Of a stretch of DNA of 64,000 bases, positions 47,501 to 60,320 are shown piece after piece. A program made the translations under genes and the position numbers. Source of the stretch: Amoebophrya sp. A120 (lineage: Eukaryota > Protista > Dinoflagellata); contig CAJINV010000004.1 in assembly GCA_905178155.1 (NCBI GenBank), positions 5,410,535-5,474,534 on the forward strand, in the 5' to 3' direction. Position 1 is the stretch's first letter. Every line of letters begins with the position of its first letter. Under the pieces are notes generated by a model. That model made no database searches. It saw nothing but the letters and a program-made list of their open reading frames with translations, and had not been told where the DNA came from.

Positions 47501-50500
47501 TTACTCGTTGAACATCATCCAGCCTTGCGCCAGGGCAGAATTCACATACATTTCGACGTACCTGTACCGCGTGAGGTACATCGGCGGGTACTCCTCTGGA
47601 TCCTTGTTCTCCTGTGCACTTTTCTTTCGCACAAACAAATCCCATTCCTTTTTCCACCACGATTTGGAGAGTTTGATGCCGTGGATTTTACCGAAGCTGA
47701 AGCCCAGCGTGTTCAAGCTCGCCGCTTTCGACACGATGTCCTCGGCCGTTCTCGTATTCTCCAGTTGCTTGAGCACGGAGGGGGACAGCACGGACATGCT
47801 TCTATCCTGAGAAAAAACGTGCCCACCCCAGAGTCGAGACGGAAAATGTCAAGACGCAACAGCGTGACATCCAAGCTACTTGCTTGTTCTATTTCAAGCA
47901 TGACAAATTGCAAAACATAACTACAGAACGTCTGTCACGACGCTTCGCATGAGAAACGTGTTGAGCATGCAGATCTCCATGACATTGACGACTTTGGAGT
48001 GGGACGTTTTTACCCAGGATACTTGTTGAACGTCGCGACCGCACGCATCAAAGTTTTCAACAACTTATCAAAAGGACAAATACACTCGCACCACACTGCA
48101 TTCTGCATGCACGTACGAACAGGGTATGTAATCATCAATCCAGGAGGCGTTTGCATGCGTAGTTATATTTCATGTCTTCCTACGTAACCCTGCTGTCGGC
48201 TCGTTCTGCATGACATCGAAGCAAGAACGTTGGTGATTGGTCCTTACCCTCCGCAGATCATGGAACGAGTACATTTTATTTCCAGTTGATATGTGTCTTG
48301 CATTTCGATCCCGTTGCCATAAGACGTAATGGCTTCGATCTTGTCTTCCTGCATCTTCATGGCGGCACTTATATCCTACAGAAAACGACACCCATATGTA
48401 TCAGGAAAAAATGCGGATGTGTCACAAAAGCAAAATCTTATATTGCCCGTTCAGCATGCTGAATTTTCGATCTCCCACCCAGCATTTTGTCGTGCTGGTC
48501 CGCATCACTTACTCTCTCCAATGTGAATGACCAAGATCCCTTGATGCTCCGGTTGTAGATCAACTTTTCGGGACACAAGGAATAGAGCAAATTCAATTTT
48601 TTTCTGGCACGGGTGTCACTTATTTCTTCGCTAGGATAGGTCACCTTGGGTTCAATGATGCCGGCGTTGGACAAAAAGTCCGGGTCCACAAAGCAACCAC
48701 CCGAGCATATCACTTTGAAAAAAGTTCCTGCTCAAAAAAAACGAGACTGATGTGTCTCGTCGAGCAACTCGGCAAGAATCGTGCGCATGCAAAAACGGAA
48801 TCGAGTTCATATTTGCGAGCCGCAGCATTCGCATGAACAACCGCGCCAGCAGCAGACTGAGGTCCAAAAGCCATGCAAATTTAAATTTTCTTTACAACAG
48901 GATCGCATTCCTGCACTTTTTTATTCCATTTTTTTCTTCTCTGAGAGGAGACTTGTTTTCAACGTGATAATCATGAGGCCCAGTTATCAAATGCAAATAT
49001 GTCTGGGTCTGGAAGATTTCGAGACTTGTCATGCATATTTTCCATGAGCCATGGTGTCTGTAATGCATGCCGAAGCATCACAGATTTTTAGAGGGCTTTG
49101 TGATACCTCTACCGCATCAGAGATGCCCTCTCTGCATGGCACAAAATGGAATCCTCTTGCTGGTCATGCAATGCAACTTTTTTTAGAACCCTTAGAGACG
49201 ACAGCATCACAAGTTTAGAATGTTCCAGACCCAGACACTTTTGCATTTGATACGAGCGGCACAAGGACCAGGGGATCGTGTACTTTGTGGGCCTTGCACG
49301 CCGCAACGTACTCGTCGTATTGCTCGAGAATCGCGTACCCGGTCTTGCTATGCACTGCGAGAAATGTGTCTGGGTCCTCTGGAAGAGCGCAACAATTGCT
49401 GTGGCATCAGCAACAGCGATTAGGCAACAGCGACCTGGCAGTGCAGGAACTCGTCATGCTCCTGCTCCTAGCATTCACAACCGTGCGTCACAACGGAACT
49501 TTCCAAACCCAGACATATTTGCATTTCGTAGTTCCACTGCGTCTTTTCGTCCGGAACGATCTCTAATTCCACTTCGTCTCGCTGCAGCTCCTTTTGGTAC
49601 AACTTCAGCTGGTCGCCAATCCATTTCTTCCGGGTATTTGCGTTATTGGACTTCCCCGTGTCGTGGAAGCTATGCAATGTAAATGCGACCGGGTCAAGAG
49701 AAATGCAAGTAGCTTGGTCTAAGTGATTTTTGCCAAAGCTTCCTTGCTAAGCTTTACCGTTTCTGTCTTCACGCATGAACACCAGCATAGTTATTCTGCA
49801 TGGCACCTCACTATGCCAGGCCGTTACTTTTCGGTGCGGCATATTAATTTGCACAGCTCACAACAGGAACTCTTTGGACGAGGCATGATGATTCCTTTCA
49901 GGTATAAATCGGCGTTTTCCAGCCCGGTTGCATTTGCAATCGATACTTTTTCGTGTGGAAGTGGTACAGGTCACAGTAAAAGGTCCAGAACAGCTCAATG
50001 TGCTCCTCGATGTCCAAATCCAGATCCAATTTTTCGCACAGGTCGATCTGCGAAGGAGTCGCCGCCTTTTTCGATTTGTGTTTCATCGTGTATGCTGTGC
50101 AAAAATTATGTCCGGGTCTAGAGTACTGTAAACTTTGATGGCTGCCTGGCGTGTTGTGTGCAGGAGCGTTGCCTGTTCGGATTCGCAAAAGTTTAACTGG
50201 TCGCGACGAAAAGTTCGACTAAAATAAAAATGCATGAAGCGACTATACTTGCATATGTGTAAGCATCCACCCCCGAGTTGGATCAGCATGACACCCTTAC
50301 AGACCGCGATAACTTTGCCATGCGTATCATGTTAAAAAGGACCAAACCCATCTGCTGCTTGTCTTGGTGCGCGATCGACCAGTTTTCGTGGGGTTCCCCC
50401 GCCTTGTTCGTGTCCGAAGTCGGGAGGGGGCGCTCGACCCGCCACGCCGGTGTGGCTCCCGCGATCTGGGTGATGTGGCCACTCGCGCTTTCCTCGGGTT

Positions 50501-53500
50501 CCGATCAATATGCACTGCAAATAAAACATCGGAATCAGGAACACTCTTGCATGGTTAATATGGTTCGCTGATTTATTAATTTCACTTTACGGAAGCCTGG
50601 GGTGAATGTGAATCACTCTCAAGAAAAAGGTTTCTCGACTGGTGTCACAGATACAACCAGATGCAAGCTCTTCTACTTCGTACGCGCATGACATCATAAC
50701 TGTGGCTCTGCCAGAAGTAGACGAGGCGAGCTGCATCACAACTTCGCGCTAGTTCTGGTCTGGCACACAGAAGACCGGGCAACACCTGCACTTCTCCTGA
50801 TCGAGAGTCATTTGCAGCTGATAGGCGACACGCGATGTCGATCAGTTTCAGGCAAGTACCTGTTTTAGATTTTGTAAATATTGCAAATTATGCAAATTCA
50901 AAATAGAAGCTCAAGTATATCACATATACTGAGGCCCAGGACCACCCTTTGCTTTTCGGTTTGGCTTTAAGCTTAAAGTCGACCACCTCAAAAAATAAAC
51001 ACACACAAGCGCGCCACCTCAAAGACTGTACCCAGCTTCACTGTGAATCTGGTCCCTTTCTCCTCCGCTTCGGGCGTGCGGTCTTTGTCGTCGTTGCTGA
51101 ACGCCACGTAGCGGCCGGGTTTTTCCTGTTTGACGCGATGGGCGCAGACTTCGATGGAAGAGCCGCCGGAAGTTTCCGCCCCGTCCTCCGGCGTTTTTCC
51201 GTGACCCGTACCTCCGCGCTTGTTGGGAGAGGCTTTATCGCCTCCCGCTTCCTGGTATGCATTGCAAATATGTCTGGCGTTTTGTCAGGAAACAAAACCG
51301 TGGCACAGCACGGGGAAGAGAACGACTTGAATTTTCAAAAGTAAAATATGAGAACTACGTAAGGATTTAAGTAGAGAGAGAACTAAAATAATTACTTGCT
51401 ATTTCGTCCACTAGACTACCATACTATGCTAATATTGCGCAAGATACAAATTGGGTGCATTGAACTACTCCCTCTGGAGTCGGGCAGGCTCTGCCGAGGT
51501 CAGGAAACTTGCGATGCTGGGTTATGGATGATTGCAGCAGTGCAGCTGCAGTTCTTTTTCTTGGTGTTGCCCAGCATGACAAGTTTCTGAATCTCATCCC
51601 TAATGCGCATGATGACAAACTGCGTTACTGATACATGAGACAAGAAGCTTCGCTCTTATCGGTCACGCAACACAGATTTTGCAAAAATGCACGACATCAA
51701 GCTTCACAAGTTCCAACTTTCCAGAACAACCGGACATATTCGCAATGCATACCTGGGGCGGGAGGTGCAAATGCATGTAGTCCAGCGTCATGCCCGGAGA
51801 GACCGGCCCCGGCACCGCGGCGCCGTTATCAAATGCAAATCTGTCTGTGTCTGGAAACTTTTGATGCAAAAATGTGGATGATGCAGACACTTGCAAATGC
51901 AGCCCAGCGTGATAACTTTCCAGACCGCTTTCTCAACCTAGGCAGTCCGCATCAGAAGCTGCGTTTTTGCATGACAAGAATGGCTGTGACTTTTGTTTGT
52001 TATGCAAAACACATTTCCAAGGAAGGCAAAGCAAGCGTTACAAGTTGCAAGTTTCCAGACCCAGACATATTGATTTGCAATTGATACGTTGTTGCAGATG
52101 CAGCTTCCAACTTTCCAGACCCGCTTTTCTCGAACAGAATTTGATTGAACACCCGCGCCCCCTTGGCCGTGACTCGGAACAGCGCTTCGTTCTTGAAGCC
52201 GTCCTCGGCGGTGGTTTTCAGGCTGTAATACGGCGCGAACCAGCCCTGGTTGATCATGTCCATGAAGGAAAGCGGGGTGTCGAACTCTACGGCCATTTCC
52301 TTGAGGCCCTTGATGTATTGTGAGCAAAGACGTCCCCACCCCAGGCTCAAGATTGGAACTCTGCTAGACAATTTCGCCAAAATGTTGGTTGTTGCGCGCA
52401 TTGTAAGTAGTCGTGTTTAGCTTGTGTAGCGGCATCACAGACCTAGCATATGATGCTGATCGGAGCATCACAAATCTCAAAACACCACTAAAAATAAAAT
52501 TTTCTCATAGGTCTCCGCATGAGAAACTTGTTAATTCATTTCGAAAAGCATCCAGATTTGCATTACAACTCTTGGGTGGGGAAGCCTCTTTTACTCAGGA
52601 TACAATGACCAGAATGTTCTGGGGTTTTATGTCGCGGGAGGCTATCCCAAGCTTGTCCAGGACAAAGATCATCTGCGTGCACTGGATGATCACGTTGTTC
52701 GTGGAAATGTTCTTGTATTTGGCCAAGGTCCCGACAGTATGAAACGCAAAAGTTGTGGCGGCCCAAAGAGATGAGCTGCAGAACAAAAAAAAAGTACTTA
52801 TCTACTAAGAGTATAGATGTCTGGTTCTGATATTGCAAAATTAAACCCTGCGTGCGAATTAAACTAAAATACAACACTCCACCTGCGGAGCACGTTCTGC
52901 AATATGCAAGCTTGCTGCACAACTTTTGCAAGCCGTAGGCGGTATGTTGGTGCTGCTCTTCATCTCCCGTTCCGATGCAGCTGTCGCCGGACTCCGTCAA
53001 GATGTGAATCTTCAGGTTGTTGATCTTGCCCTTCTCGTCTACCGATCCGCTCGAGTAGATGAGTATGCACTGAAAATATGTCTGGGTCGGAAATATTGCA
53101 ACTAGTGACGCAGCGTCCTCGCTCCTGTGGGTCACAAAAGCATACGGCTTGCATGAGTAGCAAAAGCTCTCCACTTTTGGTTGAGATAAGAGGAAGCTTC
53201 TCAGGCCTTGCGAAGACCTTGTTGCAGAACCCGTGAATACTAGCTTCCAACGGAAAACCGCATGAAATAGAGGCATGCTGGACAATGTGCATAATAAATC
53301 TCGCCACCCAGCCAGAACCAAACATATTTCCAATGGATAATCAGCTGCGCGATGCAGAACAGGAGCTGCGAAAAATAATTTTGTTTGTTTGTGTAAGTCG
53401 GGCGACGTGCTGCAAGACGAAGAACTATATCATGTACTAACAGAGAAAAACAAAGACTCAACTAAGTATAATCAGTACCGGGGCATCAGTGTGCAGTAAC

Positions 53501-54190
53501 TGCGACAGCACGGCGTGGGAATGCACCTCGCGGAAAAACACCTTGCGAATGGTGTGTTTTTGGTCCTTGTTTCCTTTCTTGCACCCGAAGGGGCTATCCT
53601 GTGCAAAAACGTCCCCGCCGCGAAAGGACCGGCACCGTACACCGTGCGGAAAGCACATTTCCAAGAGGGACACCTATGTCAAAATGAGTACTTTGCTACA
53701 CAAGCGAAGCAGTTTTGACAGCTGCGGATGACAAGTTTGTATTTGTAGCGTAGTGCTGCTTAGCAAACATAGCCGCATCACAAAGTTGTCGGGTGGGCCG
53801 CCTAGTATCCTGCGTTGCAGCATGACGAATGGAAAAAAGTACGAGAGCGTCTGAGCGATTCAAAATTATCAAGCAATTCAAAAATTTCTTCTTTGAGGAC
53901 TAGAAGTAGCTAGTGCCTCATTTGGGATGTGCATGACCACAGATTTTTGCAGATGCAAATCGGGGGGACAAATACAGGGTGGGGACGTCTTTGCACACGA
54001 TAAAAGTCCAGGTTTTTGATCGCGACTTCCTGTGCAATATCCGGGGAAGTGGAGGACAGCCGGGTCACCAAGCGGTTGGACTGCCCGTTATCAAGGAGAA
54101 AAGTACGCCCCATGAAAACGCCCTCATGAACCGGACTCGGCAAACGAAGGCCGCCCTTTTCACCCTAGCTTCGCCTGGGTATTGCGACTA
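47501..54190 (-). CDS. Divergent multi-exon protein kinase; boundaries approximate
   Basis: Subdomains in order on -: VAIK (~54020), FFREV (~53530), SRDIKPQNILV (~52630), KLIDIA (~50840), GATPAW and D..QMGLVLFNM (~50460-50330); many TIR introns. Confidence 0.6.
47803..48021. mobile_element. Introner, family B
   Basis: tatcctgagaaaaaacgtgcccacc / gtgggacgtttttacccaggata. Confidence 0.85.
48985..49252. mobile_element. Introner, family A
   Basis: tatcaaatgcaaatatgtctgggtctggaa / ttccagacccagacacttttgcatttgata. Confidence 0.9.
51827..52086. mobile_element. Introner, family A
   Basis: tatcaaatgcaaatctgtctgtgtctggaa / ttccagacccagacatattgatttgcaattgata. Confidence 0.85.
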
Positions 54191-55164
54191 TCGCAACCGA
54201 GCGACGATAGTATAGTGGGCACACTTCCCACACCGCGATAATTGGGCACATCGATACCCGTCGGCACGGCTAGAACAAACAAGCTCCCATTTGCAACAGC
54301 GTCAAGAAGGCAAGCTTGCGGAGCTAGCATATTGCCGCCGCTGTGCCGCGATGGATAAGGATCGAGCAACGAGACCGACAGCTGCGGGCCTTCAGGGAGC
54401 GGGCACTGGAGCAATTGTTGCATGAAGCAAGCGGTTGCCCCGCAAAGCGGGAAATAGCAGAATCGGTCGGGTGCGACCCAACGCGGGAGGCCTTCTGCAG
54501 CATGTTGAGGGGAACTCCTCACTCCGATGTCCAATTTGCGCATAGCGTACTTGGTGCGCGGGTGCTTTTCTTCTTTGTGTTCGCTAAGAGCTCCGCGCTG
54601 CCGTTCCTGCCTTGTTCGGGCTGGCTCATTTAAGCGTGGCAGGACACAGGCCCCGAAGTCGACCCTTGTCTTCGAGCCCGCGCGGTTTTTTAGAACAGCA
54701 CCGGCCCAAGGTTCGATTACTACGAGAACAGCTGCGCGGAGGCCCAAAGCTGGACGAGGGCGAAAGCGAAGGTGCAGCAGGGAAGGCCCCCATCGGCCTC
54801 CGACGGTGCAAGGAATAGTGGAGCAACAGCATAGGCAACAAGCCCGGTCGTGGTGCATTTCTTCGTGGGGCGGGGTCGGGCTTTCCCGCGCCGGCACGGG
54901 CGCAGCGCCGGCCCGGAAAGGGCTCTGCGCCGGGCCTCGCCGGTCAAAGCGGCGCACCGCGCGGGGTACAGCGCCGGACCGGCGTCGCTTCGCGCCTACG
55001 GGGGGGAAGGCAAACGACGCAGGGGCGGGCCGTTGAGGCGTGCGTGCGCGGGTCAGAGCGCAGCTCTAATCACGTGCTGGGCAGCACAACTCCCTTTCCC
55101 GAAGAGGCCGGGCCCGCCCCCTTCGGACATTCAGGCCCAAAGACATGGACTCTTGTGGAACGGA

Positions 55165-55506
55165 TCGCAATTCCCAGCGCGGGTCGCGATTTTTACCACA
55201 TCTGTCAGCGCCGGTCGCGATTTTCACCACGTCTGCTGGTACGGGCCGCGATTTTTGCCAGATACGTTACGGTGGGCCGCGATTTTGACCATTTTTACAA
55301 GCAGAGGTTGCAATTTGCAGCACAAATGCCATCACTGACCGCGATACTCAGCATATTTACCAGTGTGGCTTGTGATTTTTTGAAAGTCTGTCAGTACGGA
55401 TTGCAACTTTTTCCAGATCTGCCGGCGCAGATCACAACTTTTTACACAAAACAAAAATCACGACCATTTCCACATTTGCTAGCAAAAATTGCAATTATTT
55501 ACACAC
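55165..55506. repeat. ~30-bp degenerate minisatellite, left part of the retrotransposon target
   Basis: Units like gattgcaactttttccagatctgccggcgca. Confidence 0.75.
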
Positions 55507-55869
55507 TTTTATTCATACGCTCCTGTACTTCTCTCGTGTGCTACTACTGACTGGTGTGAAGCGGCCTTCTGGTCCCAAGCGCAGAGCGGCTGCAGGCGCA
55601 ACGCGTACGACGACGAGCTCGTAGACGACGAGCAACATGATCTTGGTGGGGCCCCGCTCAAACATGCGGAAGCTGCAACGCATACCTTCCAAGAAAACAC
55701 AACAGAGATCCGAACGCGAAGATGCCTGCAGACGATCTAGATGTGCGTCGCGGCAGAGCTAGTCATGCCGACGCACTCAAAGGCCATAACACACCGACCT
55801 GAACTGCACACGATCAACATGTACTTGTAGATACAATTTTTCACAAAAAAGACATGTAAAAAGACGCGA

Positions 55870-58212
55870 TCACGAAACCTCCTCATCTGAAGATCCTACA
55901 TCACTTCCACACAGGGTCCTGTCATCGTCGGATGCTGCGTGGTTGACATAATTGCTACTAGCCTGTCTGTCAGCAAGTACAGACGCTAAACTACACACAC
56001 CTTCGGACACTTGTCCCAATAATAAATTCTTCACATATTCCTGCATACCAAATCCTTCCACAATCTCCACAAAAAGCCCGGGATAATACTTCATCAACAC
56101 ATCCATTTTATCCTGCCGGGTCGGGTAGTCGGCGATGTTAAACGCCGATGGTACCCTCGTATTCCACGGCTTCATATCACCTTCCACCACCAACGTCCAA
56201 AATTCCGCCACCAAGCGCGTGAATATCCATTTTTGCTTACTCCCCGACCGTCCTTGGGCTAAAATCGACTGCTGTGCACAAGTGTTGTCGATGCCGTGGT
56301 CGAACCGTTTTCCTGCCAACGCACTCCGGTAGAACTTCACCGCCAACGGGGCTACAGCTGTTTCCAAAACATTTATTGGAAACAGCCGAAAGTCGGGATG
56401 CAACTGCTCCGCGACAATGTCCTCCTTCACGCACCGAAGCACGCCGTTTTCGACGAAAACAGCAGCAAGAACGCCCTTCTTTTTGCTCCACTGTGCGTCC
56501 GTATACAAGAGGGCGCTCTGCTGCTGATCGGACTCGAACGTGACGCCGCGCTTCAATGGAAGCGACATGATGCGCAGCACAGACTTGAGCGCGTTTCCTA
56601 CTTCCACCACGACGTCGCACTCTTCCCGTGCTGCATGTAACCGCAACGGGCGAATGACTGGGCTCAGCGCCCTATCCGCCACGGAGGCGAGCACGAAGGT
56701 GAGCCTCCCGACGAGCTCGCTCGCGGTGACGGGATCAAGTACTGCTGTGTCCAGTGCTAACTTGCACACACCACAAATCTGCTTTTTCTTCTCCTCCGTC
56801 ACTGCCAGGGTGGGTGTTCTTCCCGTGACGTCGAAGAACAACCCAAGCACCTCCAACAAGCGCCCGGTCTTGATCTTGTCACGCATGGCTGGCAAGCCAA
56901 GCATGACGAGCAGCTCCAACAAAACCTCCTCCACCACTTTCCCCAACCCGCACAGCGGGAAGATGGGGGAATCGTCGACATAGTCCTCCGCATTCAGCCC
57001 GTAATGCTTGCGGAGGACGGACCGCAGCAGCTTGCCAGGACGGCGCCAGCCCGTGACGCTGTGCCTGCTGCCGAAAATGGCAGACAGGCCGACGAAACGA
57101 TGATGCCGCTTGGTGGAGGGGTTGTACACCACGATCGTGTTGCACTTGCGATCGGACTTTTTTATCATCATATTGTTGTAGCATTTAGCAATATCCAACA
57201 ATGCGATTTCTATCTCGTTCAAGTCCTGGCTGATCACACGTCTGCACTTCTTGTTGGTGCTGATGTCTGCACACTTCAACACAGGTTCGTCGCGGAGTGC
57301 CGGAGTCTTCACATTTTCCTTCAACAAGTCTCCATCTAACTCTGCAATTTCTCCCTTCACATACTGCAAAAATTGCTTCTCGTGCCGCACCTCCGCCGCT
57401 CTGCACCTCTGCAACACCTTCCGGCTGTGACGCACGATCTTTTTATTTGCACACGATGGATCGCGCGCCACAGCAGCGTTTGCAAGTACGTCTAACGCGG
57501 TCGGTATCGGCACTCGTTTTGACAATGGGCTGCACATGTTTGCCGATACCGCCGGATCGATCAACCGCACCGTCCGGGTTTGATGCCGCGGAAGCCGTCG
57601 CATGGCGTACTTCAGCTTCTCCTGCTCTTCTTCACACGTGCTGATTGTATCTGGTATGTCGAACGGTCCCTCGAGCAATGCGTACCCCAACTCGGGCACG
57701 CATGCTGTCTCGGCGACGCTGCGTTCCCACGTCAGCTTAATATCTTCATCCGACCACGGCGGTTTACGATGATCTCCTTGCAGCAACCGCTTGATGACTT
57801 TGCTGGGTTCAAACTGCTCCACACTGTTACACATCTTATCTCGCTTCACACGGGGGCTCCACGTCTCGTCGACCTTGCATGGCCCCACCATGCTAAGGCC
57901 ATCTCGCCACACGTCCCACGCTTCCTTGTCGGAAGCGTGGCACTTCTCCCCTAACAGCTCCCAGAGCCCGAGCTTGCTGCACACGCGCGGCTTGCGTATG
58001 TCGACGTCGATACTGTCGTATATCTCCTGCGACCTGGCCGCGGTCTGCTCGTGCCAGAGCTTAATCTGCTCGCGTCTCTCACGAATGCCCTTCTCCGTTT
58101 GCGACGCCGGATCAGGGAGCACTTGGGCACGGTCGAGCGGGTGGCTTCTCACACTGTCTATTTCCACCCTCTTCAAGACAGTGCGCACTTCATCTTTTGT
58201 GGGGACACCCAT
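55870..58212 (-). CDS. Reverse transcriptase - RNase H (DIRS-type pol)
   Basis: LLDIAKCY, AIFGSRHS, YVDDS; RNase H LYTDA, NVLE, GIDN, RVPSAFNIADYPTR. Confidence 0.93.
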   Translation of the reverse strand: MGVPTKDEVRTVLKRVEIDSVRSHPLDRAQVLPDPASQTEKGIRERREQIKLWHEQTAARSQEIYDSIDVDIRKPRVCSKLGLWELLGEKCHASDKEAWDVWRDGLSMVGPCKVDETWSPRVKRDKMCNSVEQFEPSKVIKRLLQGDHRKPPWSDEDIKLTWERSVAETACVPELGYALLEGPFDIPDTISTCEEEQEKLKYAMRRLPRHQTRTVRLIDPAVSANMCSPLSKRVPIPTALDVLANAAVARDPSCANKKIVRHSRKVLQRCRAAEVRHEKQFLQYVKGEIAELDGDLLKENVKTPALRDEPVLKCADISTNKKCRRVISQDLNEIEIALLDIAKCYNNMMIKKSDRKCNTIVVYNPSTKRHHRFVGLSAIFGSRHSVTGWRRPGKLLRSVLRKHYGLNAEDYVDDSPIFPLCGLGKVVEEVLLELLVMLGLPAMRDKIKTGRLLEVLGLFFDVTGRTPTLAVTEEKKKQICGVCKLALDTAVLDPVTASELVGRLTFVLASVADRALSPVIRPLRLHAAREECDVVVEVGNALKSVLRIMSLPLKRGVTFESDQQQSALLYTDAQWSKKKGVLAAVFVENGVLRCVKEDIVAEQLHPDFRLFPINVLETAVAPLAVKFYRSALAGKRFDHGIDNTCAQQSILAQGRSGSKQKWIFTRLVAEFWTLVVEGDMKPWNTRVPSAFNIADYPTRQDKMDVLMKYYPGLFVEIVEGFGMQEYVKNLLLGQVSEGVCSLASVLADRQASSNYVNHAASDDDRTLCGSDVGSSDEEVS

Positions 58213-58939
58213 GGCACTAGCGCAAAGAATGTCGTATAAAAACTGCTTATGTGCATAGCGAAGACAGTCTGGTGCACTTATCGGAAATGTGTGTGATGCT
58301 GCATTTGCAAGGTGTAAACACTACTGTCTGTAGCGCTGTCCTCTTTGCTTACTTTGCAACTACGTTTTTTCTCTGTGTCCCCACCCCATCACGGCCGACT
58401 GATGCGCACTTGGCAAACCGATTGTTACTCCACTGAGGCACACTGTGTGGCGTGTTTTCGGCTGCATTTGCTGACCATAACCGACAACGACCGATACTTT
58501 TGGATTGCATTTACACACGTTAACATGACTTCGCAGCGGAGCAATGTGCTGGCGAAGTGACGCGGCACAAAACGCGGCGCTTGCTGACAGACAGGCTGAC
58601 TGACACGCTGTATCTTTTCATATGGTTACACTTCTTTACAGTGTATCTATTACAACTCACATTGGTTCGCTTTGACAGACAAAAATCCACCGTGCATTGT
58701 CCTGCTCACCATGGTCCAGAATGTAAGTTACATGTAATTCACTGAGATAAAAAATACATTGAAGCGACATGTGTAGCAACCTTAGCGCACAGAAAAAACA
58801 GTTTGTAATCTTACATGGTGTTACACTCACTCGGAGACAGAAGCTTGACTTCTTTGCAACTACAACAGAGCAAGATGGAAAATGTTAAGTACGCTAATGC
58901 TACAAGCAGTGCCGTAGCTGCACCTGCAGCATACGACAC

Positions 58940-60320
58940 TTACGTGCTGCTGGCCGCAGCCGGTGCCGCCACCGGCGTGCGCCAGCTCTCATACACCACG
59001 TCCTTGAACTGGGAGGCGAAGCGCGGATCCTCCTTTATCTGCTTGAACTCGGCTTCGGTGATGTCACCACGGTTTTCACAGTGTTTGAAACGGCAGTCCC
59101 AGACGTAGCACTTCCCCGCGTTAGCCAGGAAGGAGTGGCAGTACTTGACGGTCTTGCCCTTCTTCCCTCCTTTACCGCCCTTGTTGTCCTTACCGTACGC
59201 GCCGCTGCGGCGACCACCACCACCTTGTTGATACTCGGCACCGTAACCACCCTTCTTGCCGTACGACTGCGGCGTGGGGATGTTGCGGGTCAAGCAACTC
59301 CTGGATCGTGGCCTGCATCTTGGCAGTGGCCTCTTCCATCGCTTGATTGGCCTTGGCCGACGCCTGTTCCGCGGCTTCATCGATACCTGAGAACAAGAAA
59401 AAAACGACGTATGGAACACTGTAGTGATAGCATGACGCAGCGTGCTTTTTTATCTTACTTTCATGACTGAAACATGCATGCGGTGAACTACCTTTCACTC
59501 TGGCCAGCTCCGCGGCCCACAACGCGTCCCAGCGCGTGGCATCACAGTAGGTGCGGATGCGCCCTTCATAGGTCGTCCCAGCCGCCACTAAGGGGGCGAG
59601 ATCACTAGTAATAGCTTCAGATTTGTACAACAACGAACCCATCACACGCTGCGCCACGCTTTCACCGTGGTGAAAGACGGCATTCTGGTACTGGTTCTGC
59701 AACTCACGCTTGCGCTCCACGGTCAACAGGGCAGGACGATCACGGTGCAGCTTACTGGCCAAGCAGGCGAACAAGGCGCTCATGTCGAAGTTCAACGTGA
59801 CTTTGTCCCCAGACGCATCCAGCCCTTTGCACATGATCTTACCTGAAAATGATACACGATTTTCATTGACGACAAGCCCATGTGTAAACATGCATGTGTG
59901 ACGTGTGGTAGTACATTTTCACTTTGCCAAACAAAAACGAATATTACCGACTTCCCACAACGCACGGCCATTGACCTTGGCGGCACAGGCGACGAAGTGC
60001 TTGCCGGAGGGCCGCTGATCCGGGTGGTCACACACCAAACCCTGCAGGGCGACCTTCACCTGCTGCTCCTGACCACACAAGTGGTCCACCAACCTGGCCT
60101 GCTGCGCCGGATCCTGCACGGCAGCTGATGTAGTGGCTTTTGTGATTACTTAGCAAACTGACGCAACTGTGATTACTGAGCATATTTACATGCTGCGTGC
60201 TGCACTATCTGTATCATTTATGCATGCTGATCACGACAAAAACTCAAAACAAGTACCAACGGCTGCCACTGGGGGGCCAGCAGCGCCTCCGCCAGCAGCA
60301 GCACCATCCGGATTGACCAT
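58940..60320 (-). CDS. Gag-like protein with a C-terminal CCCH zinc finger; three GT-AG introns and one apparent frameshift
   Basis: ATG at 60320; introns 60256-60125, 59947-59843 and 59491-59387 all join in frame; GK-rich tract followed by CHSFLANAGKCYVWDCRFKH; frame change near 59290. Confidence 0.7.

Noticed and set aside
1823-52086. Recurrent peptides such as ANMSGSG, QICLGLE and FQTQTF in many ORFs
   Set aside because: Translations of the family A introner TIR, not a protein repeat
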